The notes under the pieces are model-generated. The model was not told where the DNA came from. It saw only the letters and a list, made by a program, of their open reading frames with translations, and did not search any database. A stretch of DNA of 64,000 nt from Magallana gigas (Eukaryota). A program made the translations under genes and the position numbers. Shown piece after piece: positions 51,101 to 62,856 of the stretch (position 1 is the first letter of the stretch; every line of letters begins with the position of its first letter). The stretch is taken from contig NC_088858.1 in the NCBI RefSeq assembly GCF_963853765.1, forward strand, positions 29,760,001 through 29,824,000, read 5' to 3'.

Positions 51101-51927
51101 AAGACCTTGGAATTTCGTTATAATGTAACTATTTTTTACTTGCGTCAAAACAAGTTAAAATGACGCTGATTTCAAGTTAAATAAACAAAGATTGCGCAGT
51201 CTTTGCTCAAAAGCCAGACAAATCTGATTGATTTCAAAGAGCCATGGCTGAGTGGCCAGCGATGAAATAGCTAGGTCTACGACACATTTCTGTTCGACAC
51301 AACTACGCAAAGTCCAAACTTTTGTTAAAATGGTTCTATTGTACATAAGCACTACCTTTATTTTTGTGCATTCTAAATGAGTAAATCCAGAATAGCTAAT
51401 CTGACATCAACCATCGTTTTGAACAAGTTCACGCAGTACATCTGTATCTATTTGGTAAAATCTTGAAAATGTCCGATTCGATCTTGAAGATCTAAATATG
51501 GTCTTTGTGATTTGTCTTTCAAAAAAAAAAAATTAATGTAAAAATGAGTTTTGGACAGTTATATGATCATTATTAAAGAGATTATTTAAAAATGAGGTTA
51601 TATTTTGAAATAAAAATTCATTTTGATTGACAGAATCTCCAATCATGGCAAAACCTGTTTACAATTGCTGGTTCCATCCATTTGGCGGGTGTTTTGTTTT
51701 ACGGAATTTTCGCGTCGGGTGAGAGACAACCATGGGCTGAACCAACTGAGACCCGACCTCTGCTGGCACCGGTGGACAGTGTACCGGAACTTTCAAGGAA
51801 TGTTTTGGAAGAGGATGTTGGAGATTCTAAATTTAGTAAATCTTTGTTTCAACCTAAAAGAAGGCGTTCCATTTTGAATGATTTTGATGAAGATGGAAAT
51901 CCTAGCTGGTTTTTGAATACAATATAA
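43223..51927 (+). CDS. SLC17-family MFS anion transporter, vesicular glutamate transporter (VGLUT)-like; at least 510 aa
   Basis: Exons 43223-43366, 46624-46766, 47038-47158, 48313-48400, 48981-49067, 49208-49347, 49445-49594, 50536-50668, 50828-51060, 51634-51927 (1533 nt, phases compatible). Motifs [69 protein letters not shown] possible extra N-terminal exon 42853-42918 could splice to 43205 in frame (weak donor AAC|GTAAAA). Confidence 0.92.
43741..43856 (+). mobile_element. Right-hand fragment of the ~250-bp TA MITE family
   Basis: AAACCAGCGTCA...CAAGAAATAGATAGTTACA...GAAAGTCCAAGGTCTTATTAAATGGCTCTA matches the right half of 14638-14890. Confidence 0.75.
44122..44735. mobile_element. Related ~470-bp MITE with nested hairpin element and tandemly duplicated right end
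   Basis: Left TIR TAGAGCCGTTTTAACAACAGCTTGGACTTT; right TIR AAAGTCCAAGCTATTGTTAAAACGGCTTA occurs twice (ending 44590 and 44735); nested inverted repeat at 44222-44309. Confidence 0.8.
45024..45110. repeat. Long (CT)n microsatellite
   Basis: Seen directly; source of the ERERER/SLSLSL spurious ORFs. Confidence 0.98.
45663..45821. repeat. GTAATG/CATTAC-rich transposon end fragment
   Basis: Repeated GTAATGG and AATGCATTACTT motifs ending in ...AATTCGCCCCAAGCCTG; only one end is present. Confidence 0.45.
47230..47515. mobile_element. Decayed copy of the 40331-40643 palindrome-headed family
   Basis: ATAAGGAATC..TTTGAGTATTATGAGGTGAT ... CAAAGAATGATTCCTCATTACTT ... GTAGTGTTATCACAAAGACACTAAAAATGTAAATAC. 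Confidence 0.75.
47630..48112. mobile_element. ~480-bp Kolobok-like non-autonomous DNA transposon
   Basis: TTAA immediately left; TIR AAGGGCGTGGTCACGATTTTTGTCAAA vs TTTGACCAAAACCGTGACCATGCCCCT; right flank ATTA (decayed TTAA). Superfamily inferred from the TTAA target and purine-initiated TIR. Confidence 0.75.
48115..48182. mobile_element. 68-bp GC-rich mini-TIR element with TAG...CTA termini
   Basis: TAGTCTGGTACCCGCCCCGCCAC / GTGGCGGGGGCGGGTAACAGACTA near-perfect inverted arms around a short spacer. Confidence 0.75.
48778..48954. mobile_element. Short poly-G/poly-C MITE with ATGCGCGG...CCGCGCAT termini
   Basis: Inverted termini; flanks ACATTTGA and GCATTTGG match at 6/8 positions, consistent with a decayed 8-bp TSD. 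Confidence 0.6.
49781..50310 (+). mobile_element. Palindrome-headed dispersed element (third family), in SLC17 intron
   Basis: Arms TGATTCA..ATGAAGGTAGCGACATTGCAGAAAAAA / TTTTTTCTGCAATGATCGCTACCTTCA..TGAATCA around an AACCCGCGTTAG apex; the body is the reverse complement of 54062-54537. Confidence 0.85.
51086..51338 (-). mobile_element. TA-flanked MITE, family copy 3 (reverse orientation), 25 bp into the last SLC17 intron
   Basis: TAGAACCATTG ... AAAGTCCAAACTTTTGTTAAAATGGTTCTA; the interior is the reverse complement of 14638-14890. Confidence 0.85.
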
Positions 51928-54061
51928 ATAATAAAGATTTTTTGATACCGGCAATTTTTCACATACACTTGTACTATTAAGTAGTTACATTTGAAATTTT
52001 TATCAGTTTAAGAGTCAAATTGAAAGGTGCGTTAATTTAACTTATTTATTTACAAGGAAATATTCAACCACTGAACTTTGATCGTTTAAATCGCTTATGT
52101 AAAGGTATTATTTCGTTGAATGTTTAGAAACGTAACAAACAATTGATATACACTCTGTAATTATACACAAATATATAATTATACACTAGAACTGTATACT
52201 GTATGATTAATAATTGTCTTTCATTTTAATTGTTGTTATGAATCGTGTTTGAACAGCTGTTGTGTAAAGTAGTTTTTTTTTTATAGTGGATACATATGTT
52301 TCAATAATATAGCGGTTCTTTGCAAAGTGCATAAAATGGGTGTGTCGCAGTGTACATGTACATACATGTATATATTAATTAGTGTTCTTTTCTTATTGTT
52401 GTTTTTTTTTTTGTTAATAATAAAAAATAAAATAAAAACATAATCTGTGCTCTTTTTTCTCTTAGTTAATTGAATGTACATTATCTTTATATATAGAAAT
52501 TATGTATTAACTGAATTCAAACTTTAATAAAATGTGTATGCCAGACTGCTAAAGTAGTACCACATATTGTAGAACATGCATCTTCATGAAGAATTTTTAA
52601 AAAAAAATTCTTTCCTTCATATATTTCTTTGCTGACCTTGGCAACCCTCCCAGGGGCTTACCTTTGGTCAATGGGTTGTCGTATCAATATAGGAACATTT
52701 GTATATAACAAACGACTTGACCTATGGGGCCGGTATTGGTTTATGTCTGTACAAAAAGCATATGGATTTCCGTTCCTTTTCTTGATTTTAGGCCATACAC
52801 AGTAAATTCTTAGGTTCTAGTTCTCTTAACGTATAGTGATTGAAAAAAAGTTTCAGTCATTGTCAGAGCAGTATAAGTAATTATGAACGCTTTTTTTTCA
52901 TTTTTTTTTTCAGTTTACATTCTATAATACGATACATGTTCTTTTGCATGCGTTTATTTACAACCAAAGACATATTAATTAGTCTCGCGTGACGAGATTT
53001 CAGAGGTCGCAAACCCTTTGACTCTTTGCGACAAATACTGCACGTCGCCTTAGTTTTTCCGAGAGTGAGGTTTGTAGATGTAGAAAGATTTTTACGAGGC
53101 GTTCGAACACTATCGTCAATCACTGTACTTTCAACTGAACTCTTTTCCGTAAAACAGCTGCATCCTTTGTATAAGGGGACGTACCTGATGCCAGAATGGC
53201 AAGGGGACGGAAAACTCTAACTTAACACCCCCCCCCCCCAATTTTTTTTTTCTAATCTATAAACCTGCATTTTTGGCTAAAAATGTCACCAATACACACG
53301 TTCTTTGCAAAGAACTAACTGCATCTACTTTGCAGTACTTCTTCCACAATGGAAAAGCAAACGCAACAGTTTTTGCTCGGCAAGATTTTTTTTACGTGGC
53401 ACCTGTCTCAAGTTTCGAGATAGAAGTTTGATATACAAAATTCACAGTTCTGCATAAAAAAAAATAAGAAGTGTTTATAAATGCCGTTGATTTTAAATAG
53501 AAAAAGTATGCCCAAGATGGAATCGAACCAGGGCACAAAAAACATAGTGTGTGATATATATAGCATGCGGTTTTACCTACTCCAGGATTACACTCTTAGA
53601 CGTAAATAAAGAGCAGTGTGATAGAAATCGGTTTCCGAAATTTTTGTCGGGTTTTTTTTTCTTTTTCTTTTTTTTTTGTTGCAAAATTCGACCCAAGGAC
53701 CGGGGTAACCCTAAGAAAATTCTATCTTAATTTATTTCTTTGAAAAAAAAAAACTATCAAAATATCTAAGATTTTTAAAGGGCAGGCTGGTCCTAAAGGA
53801 TGTCGAGGCCAAAAAATCATGCAGAAATATACCATTTTTACTGAGAAATTGATTTAGCCAGCTTTGAAGATTAATAATAAACTTGCAAGAGCAGTATGAT
53901 AGGTTCAAAATGCGAATTCGAAAAATTTAGAGATATTTACGATAGAAAATAACAAAACAACTTTGATTTTCAAAAGTGATATTTTCCGGGAAATCCATCT
54001 CCCCTATCGCTCAATTCTTTTGTTGTTTGCAATAAATCCTTTGAGCCCACACTTTATCAGA

Positions 54062-54537
54062 ATATTTACATCTACCAAGTATTATTCCCTCTATTTCTTA
54101 TGGAAACTTATAGTTAATTCATAGCTCTATAGATACAGCCAGACTGAAATCTACACGCCCCGTTTATCGATTGGTCGAAATCTACAGCGGCTGAAACTGA
54201 CAAGAAAGCGACAGGACAAAAATTGACACGCCCTGTTTATCGATTGATCCAAACCTACAACTACCTAAGAAAAATCACGGACTGCACGAAATAACCATGA
54301 TGACGTCAGACTCAAAGTTTCACAAGAGGAAATTTGGCTGTTTCTTTTAGCTAACGTACTTATGTACATTAACAGTAATTAAGTGAATTTTACTTACTTT
54401 TTACGCTCAATTTATTACTTAGTTAGAAGAAAGATGTTAATATAAGCAATAAAATGCTTTCTTTAATGATTCATGCGGGTTATGAAGGTAGCGATCATTG
54501 CAGAAAAAAATTACATATCCCACTAACGCGGGTTATA
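54062..54537 (-). mobile_element. Inverted copy of the 49781-50310 element, truncated just past the hairpin apex
   Basis: ATATTTACATCTACCAAGT...CAGCCAGACTGAAATCTACACGCCCC...GAAGGTAGCGATCATTGCAGAAAAAA...CTAACGCGGGTTAT. Confidence 0.85.
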
Positions 54538-55337
54538 TATATATTTGGGGTCCAACCGATTTGTCCGACGGTCAAACCTAAACATTACAACACCAGGACG
54601 GTTGTGCAGCAATATCGTTATTATAGCATTGAAGTTGTTTTAACAGTAGATTTTTACAGAATTCTTCTATATTTACATTCACATTGCATGCGGATGTTTG
54701 TACTGATTTATCACAAATTGCAGCAATTCAGAACTTTAGTTTTCACGTTGCTTTTTACGTTTAACTTTGATTAAACTCCTCCTGGGTCTCAGAACTTAGT
54801 TTGAACAATTAACAGATGTGGACTATACGTATATAACTGCTTTGTTGTATATATGGTATTTCTGGTTCGGACAGACGCAGTATCAGCCTTCAGATTATAG
54901 ATCTATAAAGTTTTGGTTCAGGTGATCTTCATTTTCTGCAAATACAAGATTATTAATAACAGAAACATTCTTACTAAATCTGAAATAAGAACAAATTTCT
55001 TTATTTAGCTAAGTTCCCAAATAGGCTACTATGAGTTTTGAAAACTAAAAGTTTTTAAACTGAGTTTGTTAATTATGTAGCTTACCCGAAATAATGAAAG
55101 TACAACCTGTTCGACATGGTATGCATTCGCGCAATGATTTGGTGTTTAGTTATCGAAGAAAATAATGTGTTGAAAGCCTTCTCTGTAATATATTTTTTAG
55201 CTGTAAAATATTGCATTTATTTAAGAGTATTCATTTCAAGTCAATTCTATCCGAAATGTTCTTTATGATATAGAACTATTTTCTTGCCCCATTACTTCCC
55301 GTGATGAGTTCCACGGCACTCGGAAAAACGAATAACC

Positions 55338-58300
55338 ATGATTGTTAAATCTTTATTTGTTCTTATAATCTCTCTTGTTATTGGTTATGTTCTTTACAAA
55401 AAGCAGCTGATAAATGACAACGAAATTGAACAAGAAATCATAGCATCTTGGTCAGAAAGTATTGTTTTGCCAAAGAAACAGTTCAGGAAGTTACTCGTAG
55501 GGTAAGGTGACACGTATTTTGTCACACATGTATACACAATTACACGTGTTAACATTTTTGCATATCCAACTAATTCAAAACAGTCACGTCAGCTTATGAA
55601 GCTACGCACGATAGCATAAGTATAACTATTTCTGTGCATCAGGGGTTGTCTCTAAAAAATTGAAGTAGAAGGAAGAAATAACAAAATTGAAGGGGGTATG
55701 GGAGTCTAGCTTATAGCTAGATTGTGTTTGAAATGCAAAAATAAACGGGTAATTGCATCACTTTAGGTGGGGGGAGTTCCCTGCCCCCGGGTCTTGAGAC
55801 AACCCTAGCACTGCCGCCGGGTCACCATGCATCGCAGGCACTTGTTACTGTAATAAAAATCCATTGTATAGTATAAATAACAACCATGAAAACGCAAAGT
55901 ATCTAAGTACTCCGAATATTCTGTAGAGCACCCCTCTTCCATCAACTGCAATCACTTTCGCAGTGGGAAAGTCTTACCAGGATTCATTTCTTTGATAATC
56001 CTTACTCAAAGATAAAAAAAACGAACATGTGGCATGTTTGCATAGATCTATTCACTTCTATCTACATATATAAAAAAAACCGACATCCAAACAGACTGGT
56101 AATGTCATTTGATGAAGTCTTTGGTCTCTCTTTATTTCAGGATAAACTCCAACGTAGATCTCATTGTACCTGGTGTCGAGTTACTTATAAAGTTAAACAT
56201 CACTCCTGGCAATGACTTTAACCATGATCAGCTCTATACGCTGGACCATCTGCAGGAAACCTTCTCTCATTTCTTCAGGAAGGGTTCAGCAGCAGAGAGA
56301 GCATTCATGGATGATAAACTGTTCAGAAAAATTGTGTCAGAAGCAGAAAAATTATCTAACCCTAAAGTATGATAATGGAAATAGCCTGCTGAAATTTAAC
56401 ATCAGTGAACAAGTTTCCAAATAACATAATTTTAATATATATTTCTTTATGTGATTTTTTTTTTCATTTCAGTTTTACATAGGTGGCAATGCAGCGTTAA
56501 TTGGAAATAAAATTGCTCAAGTGTTCCCCAAAGTAGAAGTATGTAGATTTTTAAACATAGATGTATTTAGCAATTTATTTAAAAAATAAAATTAAAATGA
56601 ATTGAAGAACAGTTTAACATGCACACGATAATGAAGATTACATGTTTATTTACACAATTTTTGAATTACACAAAATTTATGGAAATTTTGAATTATTATT
56701 GTGAAATGTAACTCATCTTTAAAGTTTAATGTGTGCAACCATTCATGATATACATGTAGATATTGATGTAAAGTCAATTAGTATATAAATTCATGAAATT
56801 TTAACATAATTTTTCAATGTTTATCAGCAAAACAATACATTAAATCTCTGTTGGGTTTTTTTTTAGAGATGTCTGTTAAATTTGCTAACATTTTCATTGG
56901 AAATTTAACGAATTGAATGTTGTGATTAGATTGCTGTGTAGAGCTGTATTGGATTGCTTTTTCATACAATTGTACTGTATATTTGATGCATTATGTTTAA
57001 CAGCTCCATTTAGTTGGCCCAGTAGGACCAAAGCTACAAGAACTGCTCCCATCCTCCATAACTGTTCCAAAGATCAGCCACATAGAGAAAGACGAGGTTC
57101 ACCTCATCATGGAATACCAGGTAGAAGAGGTGTGGGGCCCCCACAGGGCTCCAGTGGCAACCCGATTCATTACAAGCTACGATGAATCAAACTCCAAGGC
57201 AACGCTGATAGAAGCCTTCTTCCAGTACATCCAAAACTACCACCCAGACCTGATCATACTCTCGGGGCTTCATCTGTTAGAGGGACAGCCATCAGAGTTT
57301 TTCAGTCAGAAGCTTTCATTGATTCAAGCAGAACTGGCCAAAGTCCCAAATGACATTCCTGTGCATTTAGAGCTGGCAAGCATGGTTAATAAGAAGTTTG
57401 TCAAGGAGATTGCTGACAATGTAAGTTGACTGGTTTTTTATCTTGGGTTATACATGTATATTTCTTTAAACTAAAATTAGTTAATTCATTTCGCTGACTA
57501 AGCATATATAATGGCTTTAAAGCAACGATGCACAAATATTTCATACAAATAAACATCAATATGAATATAAATATAAACATTGAATGCTTATTTATGGATG
57601 TCGTTGGTCCTATTACACAACAGGCCATGCAGACAAATTATCATACCGCACTAACGAGCAGTACTCAATTTGTCTGCACAGCCTGATGTGTTATAGGATT
57701 GGCGACATCCAAAAATATATAAGCATTCAATGCTTTAAAAATACACATTAATTATTCAAGTACACATGTACAAGTAAAACATCAATTTTTATGTACAGTC
57801 CTGGTGTTTTGTATACTTGCCACAAAACTTGGGTGGGATGAGAGGAAATAATGTAAATAAGGTATAAAAAAGCCTTCAAATGAGTGAAATGCATGCTTGT
57901 TATGAATACCTGCTCTACAGGTTGTAGGTATAAATGGTAACCAATAGCTGTGGCTTTAAATATACTACCAAAATACAGAAAATTTGTTCTAGTACTTATG
58001 ATAATTTAAGCTTGCCGGTCAGGAACCAATTTTTTGCCATGGACATATAGCAGTACCAGCCTGTTCTCTCCCTTGCAATGAAAGGTCCAAATTAAGCAGT
58101 GACCAAACTTGTACTTGACGAAAAATGGTCTTAGACTCTTAGCTCACAAGTATTCATTTGAATTTTTTTCAAGATAAGAAATTTACCCCATTACACTACA
58201 CATGATACAATTAGATATCAACTTTTGTGTATAGTTTACCAATACCGTGTTAGAAAGGTGTCTGCTCAGTAAAAGAATTCTCCAGTGTTGAAATGAATGC

Positions 58301-58883
58301 ATGTCTGTGTATTTTTCTTTTTCAGATTGTTTCAAAAGTTTCCTCCCTTGGTTTAAATGAACAAGAACTTACTTTTTTGTCCCATGCTGCGAAAGGCCCA
58401 CATAGTGAATATTTTGACACCATTCAAGGCCAGCCAGAAATTCATAAAATCAGTGATATTATCTTATGGGTTTTAAGAACATATGGTCATTCAAAAGAGA
58501 ACCCCTCTTACAAGTTAACGAGGGTTCATTTCCATTGTTTAACTTACCATATAATTGGTATCCACCCCTCGGCCTGGAGCAACAATCCGTCTGCAGTGGG
58601 AGCAGGAACGAGAGTAGCAGGGATCCAGGCCTGTGATGTGGAGTCTCCAGATCCGGATCTAGTGACACTCAAATTTCCCGAGAAATTCAAACTGTTCAGT
58701 GGCGACAAAGAGAGATCCCTGAATGAAAGTAAACCTATAATAACCTGGAAAAAGGAAGGGTTCCATTTCGCTCTAAGTCCAGTGTTAGTATGCAAACAGC
58801 CCCTGAAGACTGTGGGCCTGGGAGACTCTATATCAGCCACAGGATTAATGTTCTCAGAATTTGTGTCCAATGTCAACAGCTGA
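55338..58883 (+). CDS. ADPGK: ADP-dependent glucokinase; 476 aa with N-terminal signal/anchor
   Basis: Exons 55338-55501, 56141-56366, 56473-56538, 57004-57420, 58326-58883 (1431 nt). Motifs GINSNVDLI, GSAAER, YIGGNAALIG, DEVHLIMEY, HLELAS, SLGLNEQEL, RVHFHCLTYH, PVLVCKQPLKTVGLGDSISA (ribokinase-fold GLGD). Confidence 0.95.
55640..55808. mobile_element. Short MITE in ADPGK intron 1
   Basis: CAGGGGTTGTCTC ... GAGACAACCCTAG inverted termini; no TSD resolved. Confidence 0.5.
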
Positions 58884-61800
58884 TGTTCTGATTGAGTAGA
58901 CACAACTAAAAATTAAGTGATGTAGTGCTGCTTGTATAATTTATGGTGAAAGTCAAATGAGGGATTATTTAAAAAGGATTTTTAAAAAGAAATTAATGAT
59001 GCATTCAAAGGTGCTATTACATGTTGGAAGTTCAATAATTTTTTGGGGGTGGGGGGGGGGGGGGAGTGGTCATCCAAACTTGGACAAATCCAATTGTGTT
59101 GATTTCCCATCCAAACCTTTGTCAAGGTTTGATTTGACACCTGAGTTGAATTGATTTGATTAAATGGAAGTAACCTCTTGAATATTTATAAGTTGGTGAA
59201 GTGAACTGTATATCTTAAGGTATTAGGACCAAACTCTTGTTAATTTTTTGCTTAAAATTTAGCAATCTTTAAATGATAGTGATCAACTGATGAATTATTG
59301 AAATTGAGAGCCATAGAAGATGCCTTGAAGACTTTAAACATATTAGACTTATTATGATAGAGAAGTAAATTTAATTCCATAGTTCACATCAGTAAGCATG
59401 TGTTGTTGGGTTACCATATAGTGGGATTTTAGCTTGAAGTACATGTATTAGGTGATAGCAACTACGAAGCATTTACCAAGTTACAGCTGTTACCTGTCTC
59501 CACAATGAGAAGGTTTTTAAGTACATACATTTGTTAGAATGTGATTTTTTTTTATATTGGAAGTTATCTGTAAGCATTGCTGATTTTGAAACCAAAGACA
59601 GCTGAAATCTTTGGAATGTTGCTAAGATCTCATGAGTTGTATGACATTAAGTTGCTGTATGTCTATTGTTTACCATGTCAAGTATTAATGTACACTTGTA
59701 TTTCATTGACTTTCAAATAGAACAAACGAAGGATGTGTAGTTCATTTTTGTGGTTCACTTTTGTTGAAATGCTATGCACAATCTGTAAATGTTTTTGGTT
59801 GTCGATTTTTCTATGTACAAAAATATCAGGTACCTATGTGTGTGTTGAATATATATCTCAATTTACTTTTTAAAAGATCTCCTTGTGAAAGTTCGAAAAC
59901 ATTGAATGTATATATACAAAGATGTGAGTGCGAGGACCAATGTATTTTCTCTCCAATTTCCATGTACATGTATTTGTAACATTGTATATGTACGTCACAA
60001 AAAACACAGTTATAGTGAAGTGCCAGGGACAAAGGAAGTTGATTTGTCATACACTAATTTGTATCTAATCAGGTTTATATCATTTGCAATTTTGGACAAA
60101 ATGAATGAAACTGAGTTCGCTCTAAGCGTAAACTCATTAGTTACATGCATGTTTGTTATATGAGTACATGTAATTGTGTTTTACTAGAATTCTCTTTGTC
60201 TCTTTTCACCTCAGGTTCTGTTGCTAGGTAGCATCATCCTTTATCTTCATCAAAATTTTATACTTTGTTTGTTGTCAGAGCTATACGTTTAGGATGGGGG
60301 GGGGGGATGATTAGTATTTCTTTCCTGTTCACTTTGTGTACTTTCCTAGATGGTACACACTGAACTACAAACACGATTCATTTACAAGTTTACAACAATC
60401 CAATCCACGAACATCTAATGTGATCATTCCTATGCATTTACTAATATTTTTAATTATTGTGTGTGCATATTGTAGCAGTTTGGATCATAATCCTTTAAAC
60501 ATTTATCATTGCTGAGCAATTGTCGGTGATCAATTTACAAGTATGTTGATATTAATGTACACAAAAGGTGGCTGCTTTGAATGAAGAAAATAAATGAATT
60601 AAATGAAATGTTTTCCTTCTTTTAAAATTTACTTTAAATCTGACGGTATGTTTCACATCTTTAGAAGAAAATTGTGAAATGGATTTTAAATTAAAAAATT
60701 TACAAGTAATGCTTTCTTGCCTTAGGCTTCATAGTGTATTAATGATTTGCAATTTGAGATGTATTTATGTTGTATCTACTCTGTGGAAGATAAGAGTATT
60801 CTAGTAAAGGGGGATGTGCGGCCATCTTGTACATTTAAGGATCATTATATGTAACTAGCTTGTTTCTGACCAAAACTCGTGTCAAAAGATAAAAAAACAA
60901 TATGAAGTTTTAAATGTTGTTTTGTATGCAAAATACGCATACAAGAAGAGATCAATGCCTTTTTAATCACTTACAACTGCGCAGCTACAGACTTAAATGC
61001 AACATTTGAAAATCAGAAAAAAAGAAAAGGAGATCATTAATGTACAACCATTTGTTGGCACAAGATGTTTATATTTGTCTCTGGCTGTATTTTGGACCCC
61101 TACCCCTCTTCGTCGGGGGGGGGGGGGGGGGGGGCAAGTATACCTTTAAGTTCAATTTCACTTTTTATTTCCTTAGTTTCAAATCAAATTTTTTACAAGG
61201 TCCAATAAAAGTGGGGGGGGGGGGGGACTCCATGTTAATTCAATTTTTTGTGTGTAAATTTAGAAAAATCATTGCTGCACAAAAATTGGGGGGGGGGGGG
61301 GGAGGTGATGCTTTGAGAAGAACTAAATGCATGATTCTGATGTCAACGAAGTCCTGCAATTAAATTGTGAATTTCATGGTCAGCGAAAACCAATATTTCA
61401 AACATTTCGTATTGATCGTACATAAAGATGTGGATTGATACTAGGATCATGCTTCATGCGTGACGTTTTCTATAATGGAGGAGGGCTTATTGTTACGTCC
61501 CCCAGAGACCAATATAAGCATTCAGTATCAGGCTTGCAATAATGAAGAAAATTATATGCATGTAAAGTTTACAATTAGGTTTTTTAAATAGCAAAAAAAA
61601 AACCCGTTAATTAGATAACATTTTTTATTGTGACAAATCTGAAACAAAATAGTTGCTATAACAAATGTACCTAACCATAAAAATGATGATATTCAATAAG
61701 TTTTAATAGTCTCTACAATATACAACAATGCAAAAATATGAAAGCACATATAGAATTAGACATCTAAATACTGAACTCCAGCCGTATGGGTCCTGAGTGG

Positions 61801-62856
61801 AACCGTCTATAGAAGGTGGGGTCATCACGTAGGTTATAACATCAATTCATACTAATTCATATATATAATGAAACACATCAATGGGTACAACTTGGAAGGA
61901 TAACATGTTTCAATGGAAGAATATAATGAAAAAAAAATGGACCAAAACAAAAGATGTATTGCTATTCAATGTAAAATCACAGTAACTTGAAAATTAATAT
62001 TACATGTAAATCTAATTATAGAGCACCGCTAAACGACCTGCATTCCAGCTTTGCTAATTATCCGTGGTCACAGCTCTCTCTCCAACAAATGGAAATACAT
62101 ACAAGTTGTAACGAAAAATATTATCACAGAGAAATATATATATATATAACATTGGACCATACTTTCACTTTTAATTATCATATGATGTATGGTAAGAAAA
62201 TACCGGTAATTAGACATATGAACGAAAGATTGATCAACAAAGACAAGCCACGGTAAGTTATAAGATGGGTGTATTTAGGGCTTGTTTGATACATACATGA
62301 ATTTTATTACATAGCAATCTTGGGTATCCATGAGATTTTTTTTTCTTTATCATGAAAAAAAGAATCATTTGGTGCTCTGCAAAAATATGCTAATATATGG
62401 TTAAAATTTCTATTCAGATCAAATCTTACGATTTAAAGAAACAATTGTATTTAGTTTTGAATGAGGTTGTTCATGAATAAGATTCGCGCTTTGTTGGTCC
62501 CTGGTCCAGCAGGTTAAAGATGCATTCTGATTGGATAAAACATCTAAAGGTCAGTCAGTGGAATGCCCTCCTGAAAAAAAAATCAGATGATGCAAATAAA
62601 GAGACATAAACTGCTTATTAAAGTAATTTACTGTGTTAGAAAAACAAACAGCGATTTGTAAAATCATATTCAAGTAAAAATAATTTTGATTCATTGTTTT
62701 AATTATTTATCTTTTTTTTTTTGGGGGGGGGGGGGCGTCAATTCGATGAAAAGTGATAGGCCTAGTGCCCGGTGCGGCTACGATAAAGACCCCTCAAACA
62801 TCAATAGCCAAAATGTGCTTAATATCAGCAAGAAATCAATTTCATCAAGCAAGATA

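Noticed and set aside
52881-53180. ORF with CSIC motif (TKATCSICRKE), possible zinc-finger transposase relic in a repeat-derived region
   Set aside because: Only one Cys pair, no downstream Cys/His ligands, and element ends unresolved; tBLASTn against TE proteins would be needed.
7588-58883. Functional gene cluster (ADAMTS, cyclophilin B and ADPGK as a secretory/ECM module)
   Set aside because: Adjacency alone; orientations are mixed and no shared regulatory signature is visible.
58544-58903. 119-aa - strand ORF
   Set aside because: Antisense shadow of the last ADPGK exon.
59040-62740. Multiple poly-G runs as a G-quadruplex system
   Set aside because: Isolated homopolymers associated with decayed MITE-like sequence and prone to sequencing length error; no ordered pattern.
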